A stretch of 32,000 nucleotides of DNA, from the NCBI RefSeq assembly GCF_000283555.1, contig NC_016012.1, forward strand, positions 360,001 to 392,000. Reading direction: 5' to 3'. Every line of letters begins with the position of its first letter. Within the stretch, counting starts at the first letter, position 1. A model generated the notes under the pieces. That model was not told the DNA's origin. It worked only from the letters and a program-made list of their open reading frames with translations, and did not search any database. The stretch comes from Candidatus Arthromitus sp. SFB-rat-Yit. GTDB lineage: Bacteria > Bacillota > Clostridia > Clostridiales > Clostridiaceae. Made by a program: the position numbers and the translations under genes. This document shows, piece by piece, positions 17,073-27,221 of the stretch.

Positions 17073-19394
17073 ATGAGAGTTTTATTGTTAAAATTATTTA
17101 GAGATATTAAAACATCGCTTGGTGGATTTATTTCGATAATATTTGTTATCGGTATAGGTTCTGTGTTTTTTACGGGGCTTTCAAATTCTGTAACTTCCGT
17201 TAGAGATTTGATTGGGAATTATTATAAAAATCAAGAGTTTATGGATTATACTGCGTATTTTAGGCAAGTTTATTCAGAAGATTTGGAAGCTTATAAATCG
17301 AATAATAAAATTGATAAATTGGAATTAAGGCATACCATTAATACTACAACTAATTTAAATAATAGTGATAGTGATTTGAGGATACATACTTTAACTAAAA
17401 ATATAAATGTTCCATATATTTATGACGGTACGCTTCCTTCAAACAATGAAATAATATTAGATAAACTTTATATGAAGTTAAATAAATTAAATATTGGGGA
17501 TTATATTAAATTTGATTATAATGGCATAAATTTTGATCTTCGTATATCTGGGATTATGGATTCTCCAGAGTATGTTTATAAAGTAAGGGATAAATTTTCT
17601 GCAAATATTGATCCAGATGGGTTTGGAGTTGGATATATTACAGAAGATACTATTAGATTAAAATTTAATGAAAATAATATTTCTTATTTTTATACAGAGG
17701 CACTTATTAAATCAAGTGAAGTTTTAAATGGTGATGAATTTAAAGATATACAAAATTTTGTAAATATGGTTAAAAGAGAGGATCATGTTAGTTATTCATC
17801 ATTTGATGGGGCGCTCAATCAAATTGATAAGGTTGTTGTAATTTTTCCCATAATATTTTTTATAGTTGCAGGAATTATAACATTTATATCAATGTCTAAG
17901 ATGGTTGAAAATCAAAGACAGCAAATAGGAATTATGGGGGCACTTGGATTCTCAAGTTCTAGGATTTACTTTTCATATATAATATATTCGTTACTTGCAT
18001 CTATTATAGGATCGTTCATTGGAGGGTTAATAGGGATTTTTACTCTGCCAAATATAATTTTAAAGACATTTTCATCTCAGTACACCTTTCCTATGTTTAA
18101 ACTTAGAATTTATCCAGAATATATATTTTATGTAATATTAATTTCTATACTTTTTTCGATTACTTCAACTATAATTTCTTGTCATAAAACTCTTAAAGAG
18201 TCACCAGCAAATGCTTTAAGGCCAAAACCTCCTAAAAATTCGAAGCACATTTTCTTGGAAAAACTTAAAATATGGAAGAAGATTTCCTTTATTTATAAGA
18301 TTATCATAAGAAATATATTTTATAATAAAACGAGAATGATACTTAGTTCTGTTGGTATGATTGGAAGTATTGCGTTTTTAATTACAGGATTTTCTTTAAA
18401 ATCATCTGTTAATGAGCTTTTAAGCTATGAAACAAGAATTAGGGCATATGATTTTGAAACAAGAATGGTTAATGGGGTTAATGAGGATGAAGTTAAATCT
18501 TATCATAGATATATAGATGTTGCGGATTTGAATTTTACAACAATTGGGAATGTTTATCTTAAAAATGAAAATATAGAAATGCCTATAGTTGTTATTAAAA
18601 ATGATAATTCATCTTTGAAACTTGAAGATAAGAGAGGAAATATAATAAATTTTAGTGAAAATAGTGTGGTAATTCCATCTAAACTTTTGGATGATTATAA
18701 TGTGAATGTTTCAGACAACATAAATGTTGATATAAATCTTGGATTAAATTCAGTTAATTTAGATTTAAATGTTAGTGATGTTGCACAAATGTATTCAAGT
18801 CAAATGATATATGTGTCGAGTGATATATTGAAGAAGAATAATATAGAATTTCCATTTAATAGTGCATTTATAAAACTTAATAATAAAGATAATGTTACGG
18901 AAATAGTTGATGAGTTGAAGAAAAATGAAAATATAAGTTCTATAACTCTATCTAGAGATATGATGGATTTTGCAAAAGATATTTTAAAAATGATAGATAG
19001 TGTTATAATGATAATTATAGTTGGATCAGCTATTCTTGCAATATCTGTTATATATAATATTACATCTATAAATATTTTTGAGCGTATGCGTGAGATTGCG
19101 ACTCTTTTGGTACTTGGATATTATGATAAAGAAATAAATAGGCTTATATTTATTGAAAATATAGTTTTAAGTGTGTTTGGTAGTATAATTGGAATACCTT
19201 TTGGTATTTTGCTATTTAAATATATGCAAGTTCTAATAGCTGATAGAGGAGCTACATTGCCTCAAAATATTTCTGGATATAGCATACTTTTATCTTTTGT
19301 AGTAGTTATGATTTTTTCAATATTTACAAATTTATTGTTAAAAAGGAAAGTTTTGAAAATTAATATGATTGAAGCACTTAAGGGTGTTGAATAA
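17073..19394 (+). CDS. FtsX-like ABC transporter permease
   Basis: Large extracellular region after TM1, two C-terminal FtsX-like TM blocks (MVENQRQQIGIMGALGFS; IFERMREIATLLVLGY). Abuts the ATPase gene. Confidence 0.93.
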   Translation: MRVLLLKLFRDIKTSLGGFISIIFVIGIGSVFFTGLSNSVTSVRDLIGNYYKNQEFMDYTAYFRQVYSEDLEAYKSNNKIDKLELRHTINTTTNLNNSDSDLRIHTLTKNINVPYIYDGTLPSNNEIILDKLYMKLNKLNIGDYIKFDYNGINFDLRISGIMDSPEYVYKVRDKFSANIDPDGFGVGYITEDTIRLKFNENNISYFYTEALIKSSEVLNGDEFKDIQNFVNMVKREDHVSYSSFDGALNQIDKVVVIFPIIFFIVAGIITFISMSKMVENQRQQIGIMGALGFSSSRIYFSYIIYSLLASIIGSFIGGLIGIFTLPNIILKTFSSQYTFPMFKLRIYPEYIFYVILISILFSITSTIISCHKTLKESPANALRPKPPKNSKHIFLEKLKIWKKISFIYKIIIRNIFYNKTRMILSSVGMIGSIAFLITGFSLKSSVNELLSYETRIRAYDFETRMVNGVNEDEVKSYHRYIDVADLNFTTIGNVYLKNENIEMPIVVIKNDNSSLKLEDKRGNIINFSENSVVIPSKLLDDYNVNVSDNINVDINLGLNSVNLDLNVSDVAQMYSSQMIYVSSDILKKNNIEFPFNSAFIKLNNKDNVTEIVDELKKNENISSITLSRDMMDFAKDILKMIDSVIMIIIVGSAILAISVIYNITSINIFERMREIATLLVLGYYDKEINRLIFIENIVLSVFGSIIGIPFGILLFKYMQVLIADRGATLPQNISGYSILLSFVVVMIFSIFTNLLLKRKVLKINMIEALKGVE

Positions 19395-19427
19395 AGGTTT
19401 AAGTTTTTTACTTAAGCCTTTTTTGTT
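19394..19427 (+). terminator. Terminator of the ABC operon
   Basis: AAAGGTTTAAGT/ACTTAAGCCTTT hairpin (one G-U pair) followed by a T tract. Confidence 0.85.
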
Positions 19428-19499
19428 TGTAAAAAAGTTTAACATATTCTAAAACTTTTAAATAAACTAATTATTATTAATAAGTCAAGGTGAATTTAT

Positions 19500-21746
19500 T
19501 TGGAAAAGGGTTATTTAGTTTTTGAAATTGCCAAGGATAACGGCGCGACTCCAGTTTCTAATGCTCAAATAAAAATAACTAATATCGATGGACGTGAAGT
19601 TAATAAAATACTTGGTGTAAACGAAGATGGAAGAAGTGATGAGATTGAAATTTACACAAAGAATATAAATTTGACTTTTGATAAATCAAATGAGTGTATT
19701 CCATATACGGAAGTAGATGCTGAAGTAAGGTTTGAGAATGATAAGATAGTTGAAATTAAGGGGATACAAGTTTATTCAAACACCACATCTATTCAAGAAG
19801 TTAAATTTGATAGTAGGGATCTATTTAGGAAACATCACAATAAAGATAAAAAAAGTAAGTCTAAGAAGGAACATATTTATTTAAAGAATGAAACACCTTG
19901 TGTTTTTAAATCAAAGGATAATGATGTGAAAATAAAAAATGGATTGTTAAAAGATGATAATAGCATAAAACCTATTGTTAAAAGTGGAGATGTTTGTATA
20001 CCTGAATTTATAACAATACATCTCGGAGAGCCTAATGATAATGGCGAGATTATTACAATTCCATTTGTTGATTATGTAAAAAATGTTACTTGTTCAACTA
20101 TTTATCCAACATGGAATGATGAAGCCATAAAGGCAAATATATACGCTATTGTATCTTTATCATTGAATAGAATTTATACAAATTGGTATAGAAGTAAGGG
20201 ATATGGATTTGAAGTTACAAGTAGCCCTATTTATGATCAAATGTATGTTAAAGGTAGGAATTTATTTAGAAATGTTTGTAATATCGTAGACGACATATTT
20301 GACAAATGCATTAAAGTTAGTGGGTTTAATCAGCCACTTCTTGCAAAATGTGATAATGTAACTAGTGATTATAGAGTTTTATCAAGATGGGGAAGTTTAA
20401 GGCTTGCTGAGGATGGATTAGATGCTTTAGATATATTGAAAAAATATTTTGGGGATAATATTGAGATTGTAGAAATTCCAAATATTGAGTCTATCATTAA
20501 AAAATATCCGGATAAGGAATTGCATCATGGAAATTATGGTAAGGATGTTAAGTTTATTCAGAAAGCTTTAAACTTAATTGCAACAAAATATCCAGGTGTA
20601 TCAAAGATATCAGATATTACAGGGAATTTTGGAGATGAAACAGAGAAGTCTGTAAAAGATTTTCAAAAAATATTCAATTTAAAAGTTGATGGCATAGTTG
20701 GAGAAAAAACTTGGAAGAAAATATCTTTAGTTTATTCATTAATTAAAAGATTGTTTGGAGATTATGATGATGCTGAAGAGGGAATGAGTAATAACAGAGT
20801 TTTAAGACTTGGAAGTGAAGGAGCGTTGGTTAAAGAAGTTCAAAATAATTTAAACAATATTTTAAAATATATACCTGGATATAAAAAATTAGATGAAGAT
20901 GGGATTTTTGGAGAAAATACCAAAAGAGCAGTGGAATATTTTCAAAAAGTATTTGGACTTGTTGTTGATGGAATTGTTGGTAAGAATACGTTTTCTAGAA
21001 TTAAATATGTTAAGGAAAATATAGAGAGTCTACAGGATTTTATAGAAAATAGTGTTAATAAAGATAGCAGGATTATGTATCAAAGGAAAGAATATGAAGA
21101 TCAAAAATTTGAAGATATGTTACCAATTAAGTATGGAGATAAAGGAAGTTATGTAGAAAAACTTCAAAAGTTATTTAACATTGTGGCTAAGCATTATCAT
21201 TTTTTAGATATTTTAGTTGAGGATGGAAATTTTGGAGTTAATATGGAGGAGGCTATAAAAAATTTCCAAAAAAGATTTGCTCTTATATGCGATGGTATTT
21301 TGGGAGATGAAACTTTAACTAAGTTGAAGGCACTTAAGAATGCAATAAATAACAACATGGATGGTAAATTGGAAGGAAAATTAAAAAAAGACGATATTAA
21401 AGAGAAAAGTGATAAGATAAGAGCGTATAGAGAGGAAGAAAATAAGCTTTGTAGTAAATCTCTAAGATCTGAAATTTCTATGAAATATCCAGGATTTGAA
21501 TTAGAGTTTGGAGATGTATGTGGATATGTTACATTAGCCCAGCAATATATAAATTTTATAAGGAGTAATTCTAAAGGATATTTTAGAACTAATGTTGAAC
21601 TTAAAGATGATGGGGTATTTGGAGAAAATACATTATCCTATATAAATGAGTTTCAAAATAAATTTATGTTTGATATAACACGCAAAATTGACAAAAATGT
21701 TTGGAATAGATTAATTTTAGAATATGAAAAAATTTATAAAGAGTAG
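19500..21746 (+). CDS. SleC/SpoIID-like protein with four peptidoglycan-binding repeats (putative spore cortex-lytic type)
   Basis: TTG start. PG_binding_1-like repeats near GDDG/GIVGEKT..., GIFGENTKRAVEYFQ, GNFGVNMEEAIKNFQ, GVFGENTLSYINEFQ; central block TIYPTWNDEAIKANIYAIVSLSLNRIYTNWY is SpoIID/SleC-like. Confidence 0.75.
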   Translation: MEKGYLVFEIAKDNGATPVSNAQIKITNIDGREVNKILGVNEDGRSDEIEIYTKNINLTFDKSNECIPYTEVDAEVRFENDKIVEIKGIQVYSNTTSIQEVKFDSRDLFRKHHNKDKKSKSKKEHIYLKNETPCVFKSKDNDVKIKNGLLKDDNSIKPIVKSGDVCIPEFITIHLGEPNDNGEIITIPFVDYVKNVTCSTIYPTWNDEAIKANIYAIVSLSLNRIYTNWYRSKGYGFEVTSSPIYDQMYVKGRNLFRNVCNIVDDIFDKCIKVSGFNQPLLAKCDNVTSDYRVLSRWGSLRLAEDGLDALDILKKYFGDNIEIVEIPNIESIIKKYPDKELHHGNYGKDVKFIQKALNLIATKYPGVSKISDITGNFGDETEKSVKDFQKIFNLKVDGIVGEKTWKKISLVYSLIKRLFGDYDDAEEGMSNNRVLRLGSEGALVKEVQNNLNNILKYIPGYKKLDEDGIFGENTKRAVEYFQKVFGLVVDGIVGKNTFSRIKYVKENIESLQDFIENSVNKDSRIMYQRKEYEDQKFEDMLPIKYGDKGSYVEKLQKLFNIVAKHYHFLDILVEDGNFGVNMEEAIKNFQKRFALICDGILGDETLTKLKALKNAINNNMDGKLEGKLKKDDIKEKSDKIRAYREEENKLCSKSLRSEISMKYPGFELEFGDVCGYVTLAQQYINFIRSNSKGYFRTNVELKDDGVFGENTLSYINEFQNKFMFDITRKIDKNVWNRLILEYEKIYKE

Positions 21747-21858
21747 TTAAAATTTATAAGATTTTCTATCATTGCTTTAATGTTTAGGAAATCTTTTTAT
21801 TTATAATAGTTTAAGATGTTATATAATAATCTTGAATATTTAAATAGAGGGGTGTAGA

Positions 21859-22470
21859 ATGATAAAATTTAATATTATTAAGAGAAGTTCATCGGTGTTA
21901 TTTTTTATAATACTATTCTTAGTTATTTTTGTTTCATGTGGTTCAAATCAACAAAAAAAAGTAGTTATTACTTTTTTAGATTATTTAAAGAATGAAAGAT
22001 TTGAAGAGAGTATGATGTACTTATATGATAATGAATCTAAAGAAACGTATCGTAAATATATAGAAAGTTTAATAAATATGGATAATTCTGATGAGGACAT
22101 GAAAAAGATTCACGACATTATAAAAAATAAGGTTATGGATTTTACATATAGTGTAGGGGAAGTTAAGAAGGTTACTAATGAGATATTTAAGGTTAAAGTA
22201 ACTATAAATAATTTTAATTTATATGATGCTTATAGAAAAACACTTCAACATATTTTATTGAATGGAAATGGTGAAAACTTAGAGAATACATCGGGAACAT
22301 CATATATTGCAAATTTGTTTGTTTCATATGCAGATAGTATTGAAAGAAAAAGTACTGATGGAGAATTTACTGTAGTTAAACGAGATAATAAATATATTAT
22401 AGAGTTAAATGATGAAATATTATATGTTTTATTTTCGAGTTATTTGGAAATTATAAGTCATTTAAATTAG
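21859..22470 (+). CDS. Putative lipoprotein of unknown function
   Basis: Signal peptide plus lipobox (LVIFVSCG); rest DUF4878-like in character but not firmly assignable. Confidence 0.65.
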   Translation: MIKFNIIKRSSSVLFFIILFLVIFVSCGSNQQKKVVITFLDYLKNERFEESMMYLYDNESKETYRKYIESLINMDNSDEDMKKIHDIIKNKVMDFTYSVGEVKKVTNEIFKVKVTINNFNLYDAYRKTLQHILLNGNGENLENTSGTSYIANLFVSYADSIERKSTDGEFTVVKRDNKYIIELNDEILYVLFSSYLEIISHLN

Positions 22471-22619
22471 TTAATCGGTTTGTTATATTGTTAGTATAAT
22501 TATCAAGGTTTAATAGATACTAAAAAATATAAAAAAATTTAAGAATTATGTTTTTTAGTTAATAAAGTATGTTATATTATATAAGGAAATATGTTAAAGA
22601 ATTTAGGAGGATGAAGTAT

Positions 22620-23954
22620 TTGAGTAAAATTGTTTTTGTTGGATCTAACCATGCAGGTACGGCTGCAATTAATACTGTGTTAGATAATTATAAAGATAAT
22701 GAAGTTGTAGTTTTTGATAGAAATTCAAACATAAGCTTTTTAGGATGTGGAATGGCACTTTGGATTGGAAATGTGATTGATGGACCAGAGGGATTATTTT
22801 ATTCTTCCAAAGATAAAATGGAAGCTAAAGGTGCAAAAGTACACATGGAAACTGAAATAGAAGATATTGATTTTGAAAATAAGATTATAACTGGGAAAAA
22901 TAAAAATGGAGAAGAAATTAAGGAAAGTTATGATAAGTTAATATTGGCTACAGGATCTCTCCCAATTTCTCCAAATATACCAGGAAAAGATCTTGAAAAT
23001 GTTCAATTTGTTAAGTTATATCAAGATGCAGCTCAAACTATAGAAAGACTTAAAAATCCTGATATAAAGAAAATAACTGTTATAGGTGCAGGATATATTG
23101 GTGTTGAGCTTGCTGAAGCATTTAAAAGACATGGTAAGAGTGTGACTCTTTTAGATTTAGCATCAACATGTTTAGAGAGATATTATGATGAGCCATTTAC
23201 AAAAATGATGGAACAGAATCTTTTAGATAATGGTATAGATTTGAGATTTGGTGAAAAAGTTGTTGAACTTAAAGGTAATGGAAAAGTTGAGAAGGTTGTA
23301 ACAGATAAAGGTGAAATAGATACTGACATGGTAGTATTAGCAATTGGATTTTTACCAAATACATCTATTGGAAAAGGGAAAATAGAAACAATAGGAAATG
23401 GTGCGTTTAAAGTTAACTTAAAAGGTGAAACTAGTGTTAAAGATGTTTATGCTATAGGGGATTGTGCTACAATTTATGATAATTCAAAAGACCAAACTAG
23501 CTATATAGCACTTGCATCTAATGCTGTTAGAACTGGAATTGTTGCAGCTCACAATGCTTGTGGAACAGAACTTGAGTCAATTGGAGTACAAGGATCAAAT
23601 GGTATTTCAATATATGGACTTAATATGGTTTCTACAGGATTAACTGTAAATACAGCTAAAATGTTTGGATTTGATCCAGAGTATACTGAGTATGAAGATT
23701 CTCAAAAGCCGGCGTTTATGAAACATGATAATAATAATGTTAAAGTTAGAATTGTGTATGATAAGAAAACAAGAAGGGTATTGGGAGCTCAAATGGCATC
23801 TAAACAAGATATATCTATGGGAATACATATGTTCTCTTTAGCTATACAAGAGAAAGTTACTATAGATAAATTAAGATTGTTAGATCTATTCTTCTTACCA
23901 CACTTTAATCAACCATACAATTATATAACAATGGCTGCTCTTACAGCTAAGTAA
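22620..23954 (+). CDS. nox: FAD-dependent NADH oxidase / CoA-disulfide-reductase family
   Basis: TTG 22620 after [43 protein letters not shown] (redox Cys), [24 protein letters not shown]. Confidence 0.92.
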   Translation: MSKIVFVGSNHAGTAAINTVLDNYKDNEVVVFDRNSNISFLGCGMALWIGNVIDGPEGLFYSSKDKMEAKGAKVHMETEIEDIDFENKIITGKNKNGEEIKESYDKLILATGSLPISPNIPGKDLENVQFVKLYQDAAQTIERLKNPDIKKITVIGAGYIGVELAEAFKRHGKSVTLLDLASTCLERYYDEPFTKMMEQNLLDNGIDLRFGEKVVELKGNGKVEKVVTDKGEIDTDMVVLAIGFLPNTSIGKGKIETIGNGAFKVNLKGETSVKDVYAIGDCATIYDNSKDQTSYIALASNAVRTGIVAAHNACGTELESIGVQGSNGISIYGLNMVSTGLTVNTAKMFGFDPEYTEYEDSQKPAFMKHDNNNVKVRIVYDKKTRRVLGAQMASKQDISMGIHMFSLAIQEKVTIDKLRLLDLFFLPHFNQPYNYITMAALTAK

Positions 23955-24126
23955 TAAATGGAAGACCTATTTTAAATAGATTTATTTATTTTATATAAAA
24001 TTTAGTATGTAAAGATATAGATAAAAGTTAACTTAAATAATTTTAAAAAAAATTGTATAAAAAATTTTGAAAATGGAATTAATTAGATATCCTTAATTTT
24101 TACTATAACTTACTATACAAATTTTT

Positions 24127-24168
24127 AAAATCTCTAGCTATTTATGAGCTGGAGATTTTTATTTTTTA
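24127..24168 (+). terminator. Terminator-like hairpin upstream of the zinc-ribbon gene
   Basis: ATCTCTAGCT/AGCTGGAGAT stem (one G-U), loop ATTTATG, then TTTTTATTTTTT. Confidence 0.75.
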
Positions 24169-24256
24169 TGTATCCTCAAAATAAATACACAATGTTACGA
24201 AAATTATAATATGAATATAAATTGTTAATTTTTAATTTTGAGCGGAGTTGATTGAA

Positions 24257-25009
24257 ATGAGGAAATGTGAGTTCTGTAAAATAGAGATACCCGATAACTT
24301 AAGTTTGTGTTCTGTGTGTGATGATAAAATTAATGGACTTAGAAAAATTCTTGGTAAAGATGAATTGGTTATAGAGCAAAAAGAAGCTAATGAATGCGTT
24401 GATAATCATTTTGGAGATGATCGGAAATTTAAACGTGATTTAAGAAGTTTGGTATTTATTATCTTAATACTTATCTTTTGTATATTTTTAGTATCTTCAC
24501 AAAGAGATAGTTATATAAAAGAAAACAAAGTGAATGAAAGTGTAATAAATAGTTCAAGTGATTTTGGAGATAAAAATTTAATTTTTGAAAATAGAGAATT
24601 ATTTGGAGAAAGTAAATTAACACACTTATCTAATGATTTTGAAAATTTTATGTATGAAGATCCTTATATTCACACGAACTTAAAAGAGGAAGTTTTAAAT
24701 ACTACAAATTATAAGGATGTGTCCTATGAAGATAAAGTAAAGCTTATAAAAATAAGTAAAAGTGTAGTCAATTTATCTCATGAATTCTCAACTTTGACAC
24801 AATTTCCTAATATTAAAACAAATATTGAGGATTGGATTATACAAAAAAGTGGAGATGTAATTAAGATTAATTCATATTTGACTTATGTTAATAAGAATTT
24901 ATCTACTATTAGGGATAATTTTGAAGTAATCTTGAGAGAAAATGGTGATGGATATAAACTTATTGATTTATTTATAAATGATCAAAGAATTGTTAATTTG
25001 GTTTATTAA
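24257..25009 (+). CDS. Membrane protein with N-terminal CxxC...CxxC zinc-ribbon-like motif, function unknown
   Basis: MRKCEFCKIEIPDNLSLCSVCDDKI, then one TM segment (LVFIILILIFCIFLV). ATG 24257 follows GCGGAG. Confidence 0.65.
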   Translation: MRKCEFCKIEIPDNLSLCSVCDDKINGLRKILGKDELVIEQKEANECVDNHFGDDRKFKRDLRSLVFIILILIFCIFLVSSQRDSYIKENKVNESVINSSSDFGDKNLIFENRELFGESKLTHLSNDFENFMYEDPYIHTNLKEEVLNTTNYKDVSYEDKVKLIKISKSVVNLSHEFSTLTQFPNIKTNIEDWIIQKSGDVIKINSYLTYVNKNLSTIRDNFEVILRENGDGYKLIDLFINDQRIVNLVY

Positions 25010-25088
25010 GATTAACTATTTAAATTTTATAATAATTAGTTTAAAATAAGGGTTATAATTTTTATTTTAAAAGGAGTTATTTTGTTTC

Positions 25089-25718
25089 ATGTACGACAAA
25101 AAAAAATCAGTATTTTTAACTAAACTTGCTATTTTAATAGCTATCGAGATTATAATTGCGGTTACTCCTCTAGGATCTTTACCTGCAATAGGACCAATTG
25201 TTATGACACTTGCACATATTCCAGTTATAATTGGGGCCATTGTGCTTGGATTTAAAGGTGGATTGATAATGGGATTTGTATATGGACTTCTTAGTTTTCT
25301 TGTTTGGACGTTTATGCCACCTTCACCAATAGCTTTCTTATTTACTCCATTTTATTCACTTGGTGAAATAAGTGGAAACTTTTTTAGTTTAGTTATTTGT
25401 TTTGTTCCGAGAATATTAATTGGAGCATTAACTTATTTTTTCATAATGCTTATGTTTAAAAATGTTAAAAATTTGTTCTTTAAGACTTTTGTAGGTACTT
25501 TTATAGCTAATTTTGCTGCTTCCGTTTTGCTTCTATTATTTGTATATATATTTTTTGGACAGGAATATGCAACAGCTTTAAATGCTCCATATGAAGCTTT
25601 AATAGGAATAATATCGACTACGATAGTGACTAGTGGAATTCCTGAAAGTATACTCGGTGGGCTTGTAGCTTATGGAGTAGCAAAGATATATAAGGGTAAT
25701 ATAAACGAAATTAATTAA
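25089..25718 (+). CDS. ECF transporter S component (candidate pantothenate transporter)
   Basis: Multipass protein typical of ECF S components (LTKLAILIAIEIIIAVTPLGSLPAIGPIVMTLAHIPVIIGAIVLG); substrate inferred from the adjacent pantothenate kinase. Confidence 0.85.
   Translation: MYDKKKSVFLTKLAILIAIEIIIAVTPLGSLPAIGPIVMTLAHIPVIIGAIVLGFKGGLIMGFVYGLLSFLVWTFMPPSPIAFLFTPFYSLGEISGNFFSLVICFVPRILIGALTYFFIMLMFKNVKNLFFKTFVGTFIANFAASVLLLLFVYIFFGQEYATALNAPYEALIGIISTTIVTSGIPESILGGLVAYGVAKIYKGNINEIN
25098..25106 (+). repeat. A9 homopolymer at codons 4-6 of the ECF S component
   Basis: Nine consecutive A (TACGAC-A9-TCAG) encoding KKK, read directly. Confidence 0.95.
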
Positions 25719-25720
25719 TT

Positions 25721-26547
25721 ATGAAAATAGTTTTAGGAATAGATATTGGAGCATCCACAACGAAAATTGTTGGACTTAGTGAAGATAGAAAAATTTATTC
25801 ATTTCAGTTAAATGCAGAGGAAAGAAGTGTATCTGGCTTTGATATGGTGTATAAATTTTTAAATTCTTATAATTTTTCATTGAGTGATATTTCATCGATT
25901 GCATTAACTGGAGTTGGAAGTTGTGACATGAAAGATGAGATTTGTGGAATAAAGGTGTATAAAGTAGATGAGTTTAATGCGATTGGATATGGTGGACTTT
26001 ATATATCAAAAAAAAATCAGCTTTAATAGTTAGTATGGGGACAGGCACTGCATATGTAAAAGCGTGCGGTGAATCTATGACCCATATAGGTGGAAGTGGG
26101 GTTGGAGGAGGAACACTTCTTGGATTATCTTCTATTTTATTAGGAACAAAAGATGTAGATATGATTGAAGAATATTTTAAATGTGGTGAACTTAGAAATG
26201 TGGATTTAAGTATAGATGATATATGTAAGGAACCTATAGCTGGCTTACCTCCTGATATTACAGCCTCAAATTTTGGAAAAATTTCGAAATTTGCAAGTAA
26301 GGGAGATTTATCACTTGGCATAATGAATATGATTTGTCAAACTATAGGTCTTATTGCTATATTTTATATAAAAAATGAAAGTATTAAGGACATTGTACTT
26401 ACAGGAACATTAACTGAATTTTTTGTTATAAAAAATATATTTAGTAGACTTGAACTTCTTCACAATGTAAGATTCATAATACCAGAGAATTCTGTATTTG
26501 CAACTTCAATAGGTGCGATTATTTATCATAACAGGTTTTTAAGATAA
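25721..26547 (+). CDS. coaW: Type II pantothenate kinase (CoaW-like), reading frame split into 25721..26026 and 26035..26547
   Basis: N part KIVLGIDIGASTTKIVG; C part SMGTGTAYVKACGESMTHIGGSGVGGGTLLGLSSILLG. A -1 shift in the A9 run joins them as GLYISKKKSALIVSMGTGTAYV. Confidence 0.85.
26008..26016 (+). repeat. A9 homopolymer at the kinase frame break
   Basis: Nine consecutive A (ATATATC-A9-TCAGC), read directly. Confidence 0.95.
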
Positions 26548-26630
26548 ATTTAATATTTAAATTTGTATATTTATGTAGATAAAGGAAATAATTTTTCTAA
26601 AGAGATATTATTTTCCGGGGGGAACAGTAT

Positions 26631-27152
26631 ATGGTAAAGAATATGGTGATGTTGTGCGTAAGTCTTTTGCTTTTAGTGTTTTTAATTACGAATAAAGTTT
26701 CAGCACTCAAAGATCCTACACAGGAGTATTATAATGATAGTGGAATATATTTTTTGAATAGTATTAGTATTGACAAACTTAGGGATAATTTTGTGGATAA
26801 GTTTGTTGTTTTAGATGCTGATACTGAAAAAAATAATATTTTGATAAAAGAGAATAAAGAATTAAATAATAGGATCAAAAAGAGGTTAGATGAAATAAAA
26901 GTTGATATTGGAAATAATATATGGAAAGAGATTAGAGGATATAAAAACGAAATAAATGATAAGAAGATATCTACAAGAAATAAGATTAAGCAGTTGATAA
27001 ATGATCAAAAACGGATTTTAGAAAATGAAAATTATAGTGATGAGTCACTTTCTAGATTTATAAATATTCTTATAGATACTCAGAAACTTAGACGGGAGAG
27101 TATTGAATTTGAGAAGATACATTTAAATAAAATAAATGCTTTGATATTATGA
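26631..27152 (+). CDS. Hypothetical secreted or membrane-anchored protein
   Basis: G6 SD-like tract before ATG 26631; N-terminal hydrophobic segment then a charged, likely coiled-coil region. Confidence 0.65.
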   Translation: MVKNMVMLCVSLLLLVFLITNKVSALKDPTQEYYNDSGIYFLNSISIDKLRDNFVDKFVVLDADTEKNNILIKENKELNNRIKKRLDEIKVDIGNNIWKEIRGYKNEINDKKISTRNKIKQLINDQKRILENENYSDESLSRFINILIDTQKLRRESIEFEKIHLNKINALIL

Positions 27153-27221
27153 GAGTAAGGGTAAATTTTTGCCATTACTCTTTTGTTTTATTAATAATTT
27201 TAATTGTGAGGAATGTAAAAT

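Noticed and set aside
25974-26321. Minus-strand ORF antisense to the split pantothenate kinase
   Set aside because: Shadow ORF of a conserved coding region; no ribosome-binding site evident.
26035-26547. Second kinase ORF as an independent gene starting at ATG 26035
   Set aside because: That ATG is the internal Met of the conserved SMGTGTAYV block; no SD precedes it, and the product would lack the N-terminal phosphate-binding region.
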